NCBI GenBank assembly: GCA_944392815.1
Contig: CALXXY010000001.1
Span: 96,001-160,000 of the forward strand
Length of the DNA: 64,000 nucleotides
Direction: 5' to 3'
Source: an uncultured Alphaproteobacteria bacterium
Lineage (GTDB): Bacteria; Pseudomonadota; Alphaproteobacteria; Rs-D84
Positions 17,635-30,492 of the stretch are shown here, piece by piece. Every line of letters begins with the position of its first letter. Within the stretch, counting starts at the first letter, position 1. A program made the translations under genes and the position numbers. Below the pieces are notes generated by a model, which did not search any database, was not told the DNA's origin, and saw only the letters and a list, made by a program, of their open reading frames with translations.

Positions 17635-18399
17635 TCAGAAATTCACACGGAACGATGCCATAATATTGCTGATGTTATCAACACCGCCGGCACGCACGTC
17701 CCAGCCGAATCCGTTGCCTATCATCATTTGATATTGGTACATGATATCAATACCAATCAAATCATTTAACATAACATTAAATCCCAATGTGGCGCGTGGC
17801 GCAGCAATTACAAATCCGCCCGCCCCACCAGGGCCATCAAATTGATACCCCCCCGCCGCCGCACCAACGCCCATAAATGGCACGAAACGACGACGATACG
17901 TAATATCCCCAGTTTGTACATAGCGGCGTGCAAAATCAAAATACAGCATACCACCCAATGTTTGATATGACGCGCCAGCGTTATCAATGTCTGAAAATTC
18001 AAATGTAGATTCCTGGAAATCTATTTCCGTGCGAACATACGACGACAAATTCCACCCCAGGCCGATTTGGGTTGTCCAACTGTTGCGGCTGTCATATGCA
18101 ACATCGCCAACATGTGCGGCGTCGGTTGCAAACGGCAAATTCATTCCAGCCCCGGCACGCACGTACATTGATGTTGGAATAAACATCTGGATTTCATCAT
18201 TATACCCAGCATCGGCCGTTTGGTACACGTCCAGTCCCAATTCGCCGGGCGCGGCATCAGGCGTATCAACATTTGCCTGGGCACCGATTAAATCCAGGCC
18301 GCGTGTGACCTCGGCCACGAAATCGTCTGCGCTGTATTCCGCGAATGCCGGCGATATTATTAAAACCGACAAAATCCCCAAACACGATATTTTTTTCAT
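17635..18399 (-). CDS. Outer-membrane beta-barrel protein, tandem paralogue
   Basis: Signal peptide, PFMGVGA and C-terminal FRVNF. Confidence 0.78.
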   Translation of the reverse strand: MKKISCLGILSVLIISPAFAEYSADDFVAEVTRGLDLIGAQANVDTPDAAPGELGLDVYQTADAGYNDEIQMFIPTSMYVRAGAGMNLPFATDAAHVGDVAYDSRNSWTTQIGLGWNLSSYVRTEIDFQESTFEFSDIDNAGASYQTLGGMLYFDFARRYVQTGDITYRRRFVPFMGVGAAAGGYQFDGPGGAGGFVIAAPRATLGFNVMLNDLIGIDIMYQYQMMIGNGFGWDVRAGGVDNISNIMASFRVNF

Positions 18400-18486
18400 A
18401 TTTTATTCACCCAATTTCATTGATGATAAAATTTTAACATAAATTGAAACTTGATTCCAGCCCGTTTTATTCGTACCATTCAAAAT

Positions 18487-19320
18487 ATGAAGAAAAACGT
18501 GAAAAAATCAGATAAAAAAATAGCCCTGATTGCGGGCGCATTGGATTTGCCGTTTTTTACGCGCGACGCGTTGCGTCGGGCGGGCTGGGACGTGTATGTT
18601 GTTGGGCTGACCCCATTTTATGATCCACGGTTAAAACCTGACATTGCCGTGCGTCCAGCGGGCGGTTGGCCGGCGGTGCGACAATTTCGCAAACGTGGGA
18701 TAAAAAAATTAACCTTTGTCGGGGCATTGGGTCACCCAAATTTGGCGGCACTGCGGCCTGATTTATGGTCAATTGGATTACTGTTCAGTATTTTAAAACA
18801 TCAACGGGGGTATGATTCTATGGCGGTTGCATTAAACAAGGCGTTGGAAAAACGTGGGTTCGAAATTGTCGCGGCCCAGGACGTGGCGCCTGAATTGACG
18901 TTTCAGCACGCAGGCGTGCAAACCAAAACAAAACCCAGCACACGTGATGAACGTGATATCAAACGCGCGATTGATGTATCGCATACTATTGGCGCGGCGG
19001 ATATCGGCGCATCTGTGGTGGTTGATAAACAGGTCATCGCGGTCGAGGCCGCCGAAGGCACCGCAAAAATGTTGGAACGCGTTGTTGAAATGCGAAAAAA
19101 TCATCGCCGCGCCAGTGGCGTGTTTGCCAAAATGACCAAACCCGGCCAGGATTTAAGAATCGATATTCCAGCCATAGGGGTGGATACTGTTAATGCTGTG
19201 GCGGCGGCGAAATTGCGCGGAATTGTCGTTAACACGAAAACGTGTTTCGTTGTCGACCGCGACGCAGTCATCAAACGCGCAAATGAATTGAAAATATTCA
19301 TTGTCGCCGTGGACGAATAA
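18487..19320 (+). CDS. lpxI: UDP-2,3-diacylglucosamine diphosphatase LpxI
   Basis: IALIAGALDLP, DIG, AVEAAEGT and KPGQDLRIDIPAIG motifs; start at 18487, after TTGATT-17-TACCAT-7. Confidence 0.88.
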   Translation: MKKNVKKSDKKIALIAGALDLPFFTRDALRRAGWDVYVVGLTPFYDPRLKPDIAVRPAGGWPAVRQFRKRGIKKLTFVGALGHPNLAALRPDLWSIGLLFSILKHQRGYDSMAVALNKALEKRGFEIVAAQDVAPELTFQHAGVQTKTKPSTRDERDIKRAIDVSHTIGAADIGASVVVDKQVIAVEAAEGTAKMLERVVEMRKNHRRASGVFAKMTKPGQDLRIDIPAIGVDTVNAVAAAKLRGIVVNTKTCFVVDRDAVIKRANELKIFIVAVDE

Positions 19321-19324
19321 AAAA

Positions 19325-20542
19325 TCAGTTATTATATTTCAGAATTTTTTCAAAAAATTCGCGTGCTGATTTGCGTCTGCTGCGACCGGGAATCCAACAA
19401 CTGCACAGCCGTACGATTAATTTTTTAACACGCCGGGCAAATGTTTTGCTGTGCGTTTTATTATATGCCGACAACATTACGTTATATTCATACACTGTGC
19501 GTGCGTCGACGAATAAATCCTGGTATGAAAATTTAAATTTCGCCCATTTCAAAAAATCTGTAAAATATTTTGTTGCACCAATAATTTGCGGGCAATCAGT
19601 GAAATGGCCGGTTGGCGTGGATTCCACACTGGCCCATACCAGCACAAAATCCAAACCAACTGTTTGATTTATCAGATTTTGCACCGGCACAGAATCGTCC
19701 ACGGCGGTGTTTCTTTTCAGTTGAATGACTGTGCCACCGGGGCGCATAAACAACGCCAAATGCAACGCAGTGCCCGCACACCCCGCCAAATATTTACAAT
19801 GCCGCATTAATGATATTTGACGCGCAACAGACAACTGTTCCGGATAAATTACATGATATCCATTATTTTCAAATATTTTTTGGATACGTTCTTCGCCGAA
19901 TGTTTTACGTGCCCCCATGGCCAAACGCGACACGTATATTTTGTCATAATGTTCGCCATCGTCTGGAACATTATCCGCAATTGTCCGGCATATATCCGCC
20001 ATTTCGCATGATGAATATGCACATAAATCAGTCGCCTGGGTCGGGACGTACAATGTATTGAACGATGTACTGTCATGTGCACAGATAATATTTTCACGCG
20101 GAATTCCCAACAAATTCAATATTTCCATTGAGTACGATGGGATTTCGTCATTTCCCGGTAATACAAACACGTATTTACAATTACGATATTTTTTATCCAA
20201 AATCGGATATGTGCGATTCAGCCCTTCGCATAACAAATGCCCAAAATGCCGAACCCACCAACCACCATCGCAATAAACAGCGTCGGCATCAACATGACGG
20301 ACTTTATCAGGGTTGCAATGTGGTACGGCGCGTTTACGATACGTATTGTTGCGTCTGTGGGCGGATTCAGGGACAAATTTTCCATTGGCATCACACACAC
20401 CAAATGTTTCATTTTTAATATCAACAGCCACAATACCATTGGGAACAGCGCGCACGTGCAAATTTTGTTTTATTTCCACGGGCGCAGATAAAACCTTGTT
20501 ATAATGTGCGATATATTCGTCTGGAATAAATAATTTATACAT
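19325..20542 (-). CDS. Glycosyltransferase family 61-like protein
   Basis: HFGHLLCE, KIYVSR, PEQLSVARQISLM and AGTALHLALF motifs. Confidence 0.78.
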   Translation of the reverse strand: MYKLFIPDEYIAHYNKVLSAPVEIKQNLHVRAVPNGIVAVDIKNETFGVCDANGKFVPESAHRRNNTYRKRAVPHCNPDKVRHVDADAVYCDGGWWVRHFGHLLCEGLNRTYPILDKKYRNCKYVFVLPGNDEIPSYSMEILNLLGIPRENIICAHDSTSFNTLYVPTQATDLCAYSSCEMADICRTIADNVPDDGEHYDKIYVSRLAMGARKTFGEERIQKIFENNGYHVIYPEQLSVARQISLMRHCKYLAGCAGTALHLALFMRPGGTVIQLKRNTAVDDSVPVQNLINQTVGLDFVLVWASVESTPTGHFTDCPQIIGATKYFTDFLKWAKFKFSYQDLFVDARTVYEYNVMLSAYNKTHSKTFARRVKKLIVRLCSCWIPGRSRRKSAREFFEKILKYNN

Positions 20543-20595
20543 TTTTGTCCTGTTTTATGTGCTGTATGTTAAATCAGTGCCACTGTTTTTGCAAT

Positions 20596-20623
20596 AAAAA
20601 TCCGCCCAAACGGGCGGATTTTT
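20596..20623. terminator. Bidirectional intrinsic terminator
   Basis: AAAAATCCGCCC aaac GGGCGGATTTTT. Confidence 0.7.
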
Positions 20624-20640
20624 ATATTAAACCGTATGTT

Positions 20641-20970
20641 TTACTGTTTTACGATTTCATTCACCGTCACAGTGAATACCACGTCCTGGCCCGCCAATTC
20701 AGGCACATAATTTTCCGGGAATGTGATATTAATGTCACGTGTTTCGCCCTGTTCCATGCCAACCAACTGTTCTTCGAACCCGGGGACAAATTGACCACTG
20801 CCCAATACCAATGGGAAATTGGTGGCTGTACCGCCAGCGAATGCCACGCCATCTTTGTGTCCGGCGAAATCGATAATAACTGTGTCGCCATTTTGCGCGC
20901 CAGCATTACTGTCGCACGCGGTCAAAAACATTGCGCCACAAATCGCAACCGCAGAAAATAATTTTTTCAT
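20641..20970 (-). CDS. FKBP-type peptidyl-prolyl isomerase lipoprotein (trigger-factor-like FKBP domain)
   Basis: Lipobox LTAC; GDTVIIDFAG...LGSGQFVPGFEEQLVG...FPENY. Confidence 0.85.
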   Translation of the reverse strand: MKKLFSAVAICGAMFLTACDSNAGAQNGDTVIIDFAGHKDGVAFAGGTATNFPLVLGSGQFVPGFEEQLVGMEQGETRDINITFPENYVPELAGQDVVFTVTVNEIVKQ

Positions 20971-21017
20971 GTTAATCCTCCGTATCATTTTTGTAAATTT
21001 TCATTTTATTTTCCCCC

Positions 21018-21581
21018 TTAATTGTTATACACACATCTGAATCCGTATTCACGCATGGTTGTGCCTTCGGCCTCTACCCTGTAATCGAAATATGGTGTTG
21101 GGCGCATAACGTCAAACGATGGGCGGTCATAAACCAAAACTATGCTGTCGGCATTACGGCCACAAATACGTTTCATTTCGTAATCTGCAACCTTGGCCAG
21201 GACGGTACGCGCATCGCCATCGATATCCATACCATCAGCATTTTGTATCAAACGCAGACGCATTTCGCGCAAATCGGTATTGCCCAACAGAATCTGGACC
21301 CGCACCATGGTGCCACGATATTCCTGCCACCGGGTTTCCATGCGCGCAGTATTCCAACGATTGTTGCTGGCTTCCTTTTCTGCATCTGTTTTTGGTTTAT
21401 ACGAATCAATGTTTGAATATTGGTTATCAGATTGCATAAATGTGCTGGTACGTTCGTTATACAGTGGCGCGTCTGCACCGCCGGCGGCGAAATCGTCCGT
21501 ATTATACGGCGTATCATTCCCAGTATTGCATGCGCCCAATATGAACGCAGAACACAACATAAACAGCAAAGTTTTTTTCAT
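21018..21581 (-). CDS. Hypothetical lipoprotein
   Basis: MKKTLLF...ILGAC lipobox. Confidence 0.75.
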   Translation of the reverse strand: MKKTLLFMLCSAFILGACNTGNDTPYNTDDFAAGGADAPLYNERTSTFMQSDNQYSNIDSYKPKTDAEKEASNNRWNTARMETRWQEYRGTMVRVQILLGNTDLREMRLRLIQNADGMDIDGDARTVLAKVADYEMKRICGRNADSIVLVYDRPSFDVMRPTPYFDYRVEAEGTTMREYGFRCVYNN

Positions 21582-21657
21582 TTTTTTCTCTCTTTTTTGT
21601 AATTTTATCAAATAAAGCATTTTGATTCAAGTCACGATTTATGATAAAATTAATCTG

Positions 21658-22617
21658 ATGTCAAATGTAGTTCTGGAATCTTTGCTGAAACCATTGGAAG
21701 AATTCTATAAACCATCGTTTGTAGAAGAAATCGCCATTAATCACGAGGGCGAGGTCTGGATGCGCCTGCATGGTGCACGGGTGCCGTGGGTGGCGTACAA
21801 CGCCCAGGCATTGACCAAACAATATTTAATTGATTTAATTCATACGGTCGCAAATATTTATGAACGGCCGTTTGATCCTGTGCATGGTATGCCTGTGGTA
21901 TATGCCACTTTGCCCGGCAATCACAGATTTACGGCCATCGCCGGCCCCAATGTGCAATACGATGACCGCGATGTGACCGGTGGCGTGGCATTAAATATCC
22001 GCGGGACGTCTGCGCCGGATACTTCATTTGAAAACTATCATTTAAAACGTGGCGAAAAATTAATTCGGGTTAAACCGCGCGAATCTGTGCGACCCGATGA
22101 TCCGTACGACAGATTGATGTCCGCCATTAATGACGGCAGTCCTATTTTAATCAGTGGCGCAACCGCGACCGGGAAAACAACGTTTTTAAATCATATGCTG
22201 ACGCTGATTGATAAAAACAGCCGTGTCATTACGGTCGAAGATGCGCGGGAAATCCGCGTTCCACAGCCCAATCGTGTGCATTTTATATTGTCACGTACCG
22301 AACAAACGAACGATTTTAACTATGCCAGATTACTGGATTTGGTTGTTCGTATGACGCCAGACGTTATAATTGGTGGCGAAATTTCGACTGATAATGCGGC
22401 CGTGTTGTGGGAAATGTTGGGAACCGGCCATGACCATTTTTACACCACTATTCATGCCGAAAGTGCCGAGGCCGCCTATGCCGCGTTTGCGGATCGTATT
22501 TTGCATACCCAGCCCGCATATGACCGAACTGATTTAATTGCAGAAATGAAAAGAAAAATTCGCGTTGTGCAATTATCTCGTGATGGGGCCTTGCGCGCGG
22601 TGACAGAAGTGGTATAA
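21658..22617 (+). CDS. VirB11/TadA-family secretion ATPase
   Basis: EEIAIN, ISGATATGKTT, VITVEDARE, RMTPDVIIGGE and GH...TTIHA motifs. Confidence 0.85.
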   Translation: MSNVVLESLLKPLEEFYKPSFVEEIAINHEGEVWMRLHGARVPWVAYNAQALTKQYLIDLIHTVANIYERPFDPVHGMPVVYATLPGNHRFTAIAGPNVQYDDRDVTGGVALNIRGTSAPDTSFENYHLKRGEKLIRVKPRESVRPDDPYDRLMSAINDGSPILISGATATGKTTFLNHMLTLIDKNSRVITVEDAREIRVPQPNRVHFILSRTEQTNDFNYARLLDLVVRMTPDVIIGGEISTDNAAVLWEMLGTGHDHFYTTIHAESAEAAYAAFADRILHTQPAYDRTDLIAEMKRKIRVVQLSRDGALRAVTEVV

Positions 22618-22654
22618 TCTGCGCATACAAAAATAAAACACAAAGGATTAAATT

Positions 22655-22843
22655 ATGACAGCACAACCGAACAGAGCCAAAACTACGCGCGATATGGCGG
22701 CCGCCATGCGCGAGTTAGAGGCGAAAAAACTGCGCGACGCAGAAAAACGCGAACAAGAATTACTGGAACGGCGTGGATTGATTGACGTATTGTTGTTATT
22801 GCCGGATAAAATAAAACAATTATTTAAATCGCATAACAGATAA
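22655..22843 (+). CDS. Hypothetical protein
   Basis: 62-aa ORF with an AAAGGA SD, followed by a terminator. Confidence 0.55.
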   Translation: MTAQPNRAKTTRDMAAAMRELEAKKLRDAEKREQELLERRGLIDVLLLLPDKIKQLFKSHNR

Positions 22844-22872
22844 TAAAAAAGTCCCATTTTTGGGACTTTTTA

Positions 22873-23190
22873 TTATTCACGCATTAATTTTGATTTCATA
22901 CGTTCGTATTCGGCCTTGGTAATAACCTTGTCTTTATATAATTTCGCCAATTTTTCCAATTTATCCAATTCATTAAATCCAACAGAATCATCGCCACAAA
23001 ACAGCGACATCAGCAACGCTATGAACCATGTCAGGCCGAAAAACACGCCAAATATCGACAATATGATAATTGCGTTTTTGGTGCCGCCCGTCACGCCACG
23101 CGCATTCGCAATTAAAATCGGAATTGCCAAAAATGCCCCGAATATAAATGCGATACACAACATCACGATAAATGCAACTATGTATTCCAT
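22873..23190 (-). CDS. Small membrane protein, superinfection-immunity (Imm)-like N-terminus plus SHOCT-like C-terminus
   Basis: IPILIANARG...IIILSIFG..GLTWFIALLMS resembles Imm-like proteins; LEKLAKLYKDKVITKAEYERMKSKL is SHOCT-like. Confidence 0.6.
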   Translation of the reverse strand: MEYIVAFIVMLCIAFIFGAFLAIPILIANARGVTGGTKNAIIILSIFGVFFGLTWFIALLMSLFCGDDSVGFNELDKLEKLAKLYKDKVITKAEYERMKSKLMRE

Positions 23191-23275
23191 ATCTTTTCCC
23201 CCCTTGGTTATATACATGGATATTATAGCGCAACTGTACCCGATTTTCAATTCCGGTGCATATTGTAAAAATATT

Positions 23276-25339
<2,064 letters not shown>

Positions 25340-25585
25340 TTATCGCCGTTCGTATTCTGGCGGGAAATAGTTGGCGAATTCTGCCCAGGTGGTGTTCGTC
25401 GCGTTCATAATTTTAACCAAACTGCCAACAGACATCCAATGCGGGCGGCCGTCTGGGCCGTGACGTTTGCTTTTGTTCAATGCGGTCAAATCCAATCCAC
25501 TTAATTGCGCCATGCGCGAACATGAAATATTGTGCGCCGCGGCCAAGTTATCTATTGCACGCCAAAACATAGCATTAGTCACCAT
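25340..25585 (-). CDS. Stand-alone repressor-type HTH protein (paralogue 2)
   Basis: FWRAIDNLAA...SCSRMAQLSGLDLTALNKSKR...RPHW; GGAGG SD. Confidence 0.8.
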   Translation of the reverse strand: MVTNAMFWRAIDNLAAAHNISCSRMAQLSGLDLTALNKSKRHGPDGRPHWMSVGSLVKIMNATNTTWAEFANYFPPEYERR

Positions 25586-25749
25586 TTTTACCCTCCGATA
25601 TTTTTTAGAATTATGCGTTTATCGCTTGGTGTACTTGAACATATTCTAATTATGATTGAGTTCCCATCAAAAATCAATCGTTTTCTCTAGGACGTTTTTC
25701 ATAATTAAAAATCCCCCAATTGGGGGATTTTTACGATAACCTGGTGCGA

Positions 25750-26571
25750 TTATTGTTTGTTCTGTTCGTCCAGACCATGCAGCAATACTTCCTTTAAATC
25801 ATTTGGAATCATGCCTGTGGTGGAATAGCCACAGTCAACATGGTGCACTTCGCCGGTGACGGCACTGGACAAATCGCTGAACAAATACACGGCCGCGCCG
25901 GATACATCGTCCAACGTCATATTGCGACGCAGTGGCGTTTGTTCCGCGTTCAGGCGCAACATGGATTTCATGCCGCCCACACCCGATGACGCCAATGTCA
26001 TAATCGGACCCGCGCTGATTGCATTGATGCGGATTTTATCACGCCCCAGGTCAGACGCCAGATAGCGAACACTGCTGTCCAGGGCAGATTTCGCAACGCC
26101 CATGACGTTATAATTCGGGACTGATTTTTCCCCGCCATAGTATGTTAATGTGACAATGCTGCCGCCGTCGGTCATTAATTTGGACGCACGGCGTGTCAAA
26201 TCAACCAACGAATACACAGACACGTCCATGGTGTTTTTGAAATTCGCACGGGTTGTATCGGCATAGCGACCCGTTAATTCATTTTTATCTGAAAACGCAA
26301 TTGCGTGCAACATGCCGTCCAGTTTGCCCCATTCCTGTTCGATTTTGTTGAACAAATCGTCCATCTGTTCATCATTTTGAACATTGCATTCCTGGACAAA
26401 TTTCGCGCCGATGGATTCAGCCAACGGACGAACACGCTTTTCCAAATTTGGCATAGCATACGGCATGGCGATTTCTGCGCCCTCGTCATGGGCACGCTTT
26501 GCAATAGCCCACGCCATGGACCAATCGTTTGCAACGCCAGTGATTAAAATCTTTTTTCCTTTTAATAACAT
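25750..26571 (-). CDS. fabI: Enoyl-ACP reductase
   Basis: ITGVANDWSMAWAIA, YNVMGVAKSALD and INAISAGPI motifs; start MLLKGKK. Confidence 0.95.
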   Translation of the reverse strand: MLLKGKKILITGVANDWSMAWAIAKRAHDEGAEIAMPYAMPNLEKRVRPLAESIGAKFVQECNVQNDEQMDDLFNKIEQEWGKLDGMLHAIAFSDKNELTGRYADTTRANFKNTMDVSVYSLVDLTRRASKLMTDGGSIVTLTYYGGEKSVPNYNVMGVAKSALDSSVRYLASDLGRDKIRINAISAGPIMTLASSGVGGMKSMLRLNAEQTPLRRNMTLDDVSGAAVYLFSDLSSAVTGEVHHVDCGYSTTGMIPNDLKEVLLHGLDEQNKQ

Positions 26572-26691
26572 TTTGCTTCCTCTATGTTTTTTATTGGACG
26601 GGGAAAAATATATCACCAAAAAAGCAAAATCGCAATGAATAAAAAAAATACTTGAAATGGGATTTAAAAGGTTATATGATATGCGGGCTGT

Positions 26692-26767
26692 TCGGGCATA
26701 GTTCAGTCGGTAGAACAACGGACTGTTAATCCGTATGTCACTGGTTCGAGTCCAGTTGCCCGAGCCA
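26692..26767 (+). tRNA. tRNA-Asn(GTT)
   Basis: Full cloverleaf: acceptor TCGGGCA/TGCCCGA, anticodon arm ACGGA-ctGTTaa-TCCGT, CCA end. Confidence 0.96.
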
Positions 26768-27282
26768 AGATTTCCGCAGATTTCTGCGGATTTTCTTTAC
26801 TTTTGCCACGGCAATTCATTCCGGTATAAAAAGTACACAAATGTCATATTTTGATAAAAAAGTACATATTTGTACACGTAAAAAAACATCCAAAAAAACA
26901 CATCAACACCAAGCACACAAAGGGTTTGAACGATTTTATTATGACTTATGCGACACACGGACTACATATATGTACTTTTTTATAAAAGACTGGACTTTCG
27001 TCGAAAGATATTGATGAATGCGACAACCCTAAAAGGATTGTCTATGAAATATAAACATTTTCGGGAAATTGAACCCAGTAATAAGACGGATTTTATTATG
27101 CTTTATTTCGCAGCATGCCGATCATTGCACGAGTTAGAAAACGCTATCCGCAGAACGAACAATGGCAACCTAACCTGCCGACAGACGTGGTTGCTCCGCC
27201 GCATCCAGCACAAATTATTCCAAATGGCAGCATCTTGGAAAAAGGAAACCCATAAAAAGTTATAATTCTTATGGGGTTATTA

Positions 27283-28515
27283 TTACAAACAATCTCTCAG
27301 ATCTTTATTATATTGCAACATAGTCGGTTGATTGTCTGGGTTATATAAGATATTTTTCTGATCAAAGTTCAGTTCTACAGCATTGCCATGATGATCAATC
27401 AACAAAATATCATTGCCTCTAGACTGCATTTCAATGTTTCTGTTACGGTTTTGAGTTATTATTGCGTGTCTATAGGCATCTATGTAAACCATATTTTCCC
27501 ATTTATCGAATAATTTATACTGTTCTGGACTTTCCGCCCAAGACAAAGGAACGACATGATGCAATTCAAATCCCGCTGTTCTTTTAACCTTATGCTTATT
27601 GAAATACGCATCCTTCTCAGCTATCGAACGAGTCATAACATCAATTATTTCGCCAGCTTTCGTTTTTATCTTATGCGTTGATAAATTCAGGTCATCCCCT
27701 ACCACATCAAAATGGGGACTTTGTGCTAACAAATGATAAACTTGGTCTATTTTATTTTTCCAATTATGCCAATCTCGCTGTGCAGTCTTATCCCCATCAA
27801 AATTTTCTGGTTTTAATTTATCAGACAAAATCTCTATAACTTTTATTTGCAGATATTTGCCTAACCTGCGATATGTGTGTATCAAATCAACACACTGTTC
27901 TAAAGTTATAGAAAAACTCGTTCCCGAATCTACGGCAGAAACAAAAAACATAAATTCATATTTTGTAATCGTACCGATATGATATTCAGGTTCCTTCAAT
28001 AATTGTAAAGCAATTTCTATATATCCACCCAACAAAGTATCTATCGCCTTTGTAAAAATAAATGATCTATTCAACAGATCTCTTTCTCTGATAAACTTTA
28101 CGCCATCTGGTGATAACGACACATATTTTGGCGATATGCGCCCGTACGGCGAAATAACATTTCTATTCTTGTCATATCTAGTTATCAGCCCCATACGGTG
28201 TAAGTCAACGAAAATGTTTTTGCGTATTGAGTCTTGAGTTCCCTTTCCAACGGCTGCGTTAACTTCCTCACAAAACCTAGCATAATCGTATTCATCTATT
28301 GTGTTTTCTGGCCGTTTCTTTGAATCGGTATCCCTTATTCTCAAAAGTTGATTATTTGGGGCATACCTATCCAAACACATAAGCATTTTATAAATTTCAT
28401 CCATATCATAACGATTATGTTCTGACGAAACACCACCGCGATAATTAACATCATTAACTCTTGCATCTATAAAAGATAACGCCTCGTTTGGACTCAATCC
28501 ACTAACATAAATCAT
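27283..28515 (-). CDS. Type IIS restriction endonuclease, MboII-like (C-terminal HNH)
   Basis: ELHHVVP...HAIITQ HNH-like motif; 410 aa; downstream of two methyltransferases as in MboII-type systems. Confidence 0.8.
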   Translation of the reverse strand: MIYVSGLSPNEALSFIDARVNDVNYRGGVSSEHNRYDMDEIYKMLMCLDRYAPNNQLLRIRDTDSKKRPENTIDEYDYARFCEEVNAAVGKGTQDSIRKNIFVDLHRMGLITRYDKNRNVISPYGRISPKYVSLSPDGVKFIRERDLLNRSFIFTKAIDTLLGGYIEIALQLLKEPEYHIGTITKYEFMFFVSAVDSGTSFSITLEQCVDLIHTYRRLGKYLQIKVIEILSDKLKPENFDGDKTAQRDWHNWKNKIDQVYHLLAQSPHFDVVGDDLNLSTHKIKTKAGEIIDVMTRSIAEKDAYFNKHKVKRTAGFELHHVVPLSWAESPEQYKLFDKWENMVYIDAYRHAIITQNRNRNIEMQSRGNDILLIDHHGNAVELNFDQKNILYNPDNQPTMLQYNKDLRDCL

Positions 28516-29303
28516 TGCACTACCCCTAGATTATTTTTTGTTAACTCTACATATTTTTTTGATTTGTCAGCACAAATATAGTTTCTATGCAATTTTTTTG
28601 CAACAACAGCTGTTGTTCCACTACCAACAAAACAATCCAAAACAAGTTCTCCTTTATTTGAACTCGCCAAAATCATGCGTTCAATCATTTCCTCTGGTTT
28701 TGGTGTGACATGCTGTTGTTTTTGCACTTTGCCATTAACTTTATTCTTGTGACGCTGACTTGTTATATGCCATACTTCGCCACACAATCTACCATTCGGA
28801 TTTGGAAACCAACGCTTACCATTTTTTAATATTCCTTTCGTTTTTGCGGCTTCTATTCTGTCTGTAGATTCATACGGAACACGTATGTCGTTATAATTGA
28901 AAGTATATTTATTAGATTTTGTAAAAAACAATATACTCTCTTGGCCATTCGCATATTTTTTTGTAGATGTACCAAGCCCGTCCCTTTTGTCCCAAGTGAT
29001 CCAATTTTGAAACACCAATCCACGTTTTAATAAATGTTGTAAAATAAACGCGCAATTAAAAGGTGTATTAAAAATATATATACTTCCTGTATCTTTCAAT
29101 TTTGGTATAAGTGCGTCTATCCATTTTTTTGTAAATTTCATAAAATCATCATGCGATGCAAATGTATCCCAATCAGCTTTTCCCATATTGTAGGGTGGAT
29201 CTATAACAGCCAAATCAACAGATGAGTTCTTTACCTGTTTCAGGAAGTTCATACAATCCATATTATAAATTTCGTTAATCGCCAAACAACCCATCGCTAG
29301 CAC
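28512..29303 (-). CDS. m6A DNA methyltransferase, M1.MboII-like (start may be the TTG at 29285)
   Basis: IDPPYN, FNTPFNCAFI, KNGKRWFPNPNGRLCGEVWH and DCFVGSGTT; closely resembles M1.MboII as I recall it. Confidence 0.88.
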   Translation of the reverse strand: MLAMGCLAINEIYNMDCMNFLKQVKNSSVDLAVIDPPYNMGKADWDTFASHDDFMKFTKKWIDALIPKLKDTGSIYIFNTPFNCAFILQHLLKRGLVFQNWITWDKRDGLGTSTKKYANGQESILFFTKSNKYTFNYNDIRVPYESTDRIEAAKTKGILKNGKRWFPNPNGRLCGEVWHITSQRHKNKVNGKVQKQQHVTPKPEEMIERMILASSNKGELVLDCFVGSGTTAVVAKKLHRNYICADKSKKYVELTKNNLGVVQ

Positions 29304-30129
29304 CTAACTTTCTATTGATTATATCTTTGTAATGATCATACAATTCATATCCTACAAAATGTCTCTTGTTTTCTTTTGCAACTTTAAGTGTCGTTCCGCT
29401 ACCAGCGAAAGGATCCAGTATCAATTCACCAACAAAAGAATACAATCTAATCAATCTGCGAGCTATTTCTTCTGGCATAATCGCTGAATGTATACCAAAA
29501 GCAAGGTCTCCTTTTCCGGGAATTGGGATATTCCAGATCTGCTTTGTATACTCAACCCACTCTTGTTGTGTCAGTTGACTGGCATCTTTTATTTCTTGCG
29601 GCAAACCATTTTCAGGATTCCCCTCCTTCACAAATACTACTATGAATTCACACGAATTCTGAGCATAAAAATTACGTGGATATGGGTAGCTACCAAACAT
29701 CAATTTCTTTGACGAATTTGTTCTATTCCATATAAATAAATCTAACAAAAACAATTTGGTATTTTTTAATATTGACTGTTGTATGTGACTCTGCAAATCA
29801 AAAATGTCCCTGTTATAGTGCGTGCACATTTGGGATTTCAACATCGGCATCAACGGAACATTTATACACAATTTACCGTTTGGCTTCAACACCCTTTCGC
29901 ATTCTTTCCAAATTTTTACCAAACCAGCAATATAATCATCAAAATCGGCATAAGCCCCCATATCATCACACTTCCTTTCAGAATGTTTACAATCTTGGTG
30001 GCCATCTTTACTGTAATCTTTTATGTTAAAATATGGCGGAGATGTCACAATAACCTGAACCGAATTATCCGGCAATTCCGACATTTTTTCCGAACTTTTG
30101 TAGAAAACTTTATCGATGTATTCTTTCAT
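29275..30129 (-). CDS. m4C DNA methyltransferase, beta class (M2.MboII-like)
   Basis: VTSPPY followed by DPFAGSGTT. Confidence 0.88.
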   Translation of the reverse strand: MKEYIDKVFYKSSEKMSELPDNSVQVIVTSPPYFNIKDYSKDGHQDCKHSERKCDDMGAYADFDDYIAGLVKIWKECERVLKPNGKLCINVPLMPMLKSQMCTHYNRDIFDLQSHIQQSILKNTKLFLLDLFIWNRTNSSKKLMFGSYPYPRNFYAQNSCEFIVVFVKEGNPENGLPQEIKDASQLTQQEWVEYTKQIWNIPIPGKGDLAFGIHSAIMPEEIARRLIRLYSFVGELILDPFAGSGTTLKVAKENKRHFVGYELYDHYKDIINRKLGASDGLFGD

Positions 30130-30381
30130 TTTCTTTCCTTGTTAAAAACTTAGCCCAAAACAATGGATAATGTCAAGCTAACAATCATAAAACACATAAG
30201 TCTTTGATATTATATAACACTTGAAAAAATTACTGTTTTTGTGTATGATTTCATTGTTTGCCAGAGAGTTTCCTTTTTGGCTTAGTGCATTGCCGTAATG
30301 CCTATTAGAAAGGGAGGCAATATAATATTGTATCTGAGCCCGATGAGCTTGAACTCATCAAATAACAAAAAGGATGTCAAC

Positions 30382-30492
30382 ATGGTAAAATACCAAATTG
30401 GCAGAAGTGCTGTGACAGGACGTTTTGTACCAGTTAGGGCTGCGCAAAACAAACCTCGCACACACGTTGTTGAAACTATAAAGAAAAAGTAG
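30382..30492 (+). CDS. 36-aa basic peptide
   Basis: MVKYQIGRSAVTGRFVPV...; SD AAAAGGA; promoter TTGAAA-17-TATGAT at 30221-30249. Confidence 0.6.
   Translation: MVKYQIGRSAVTGRFVPVRAAQNKPRTHVVETIKKK

Noticed and set aside
26948-27265. ORF at the left end of the island as an integrase remnant or R-M controller
   Set aside because: No tyrosine-recombinase or HTH motif is recognisable, and its coding status is uncertain.
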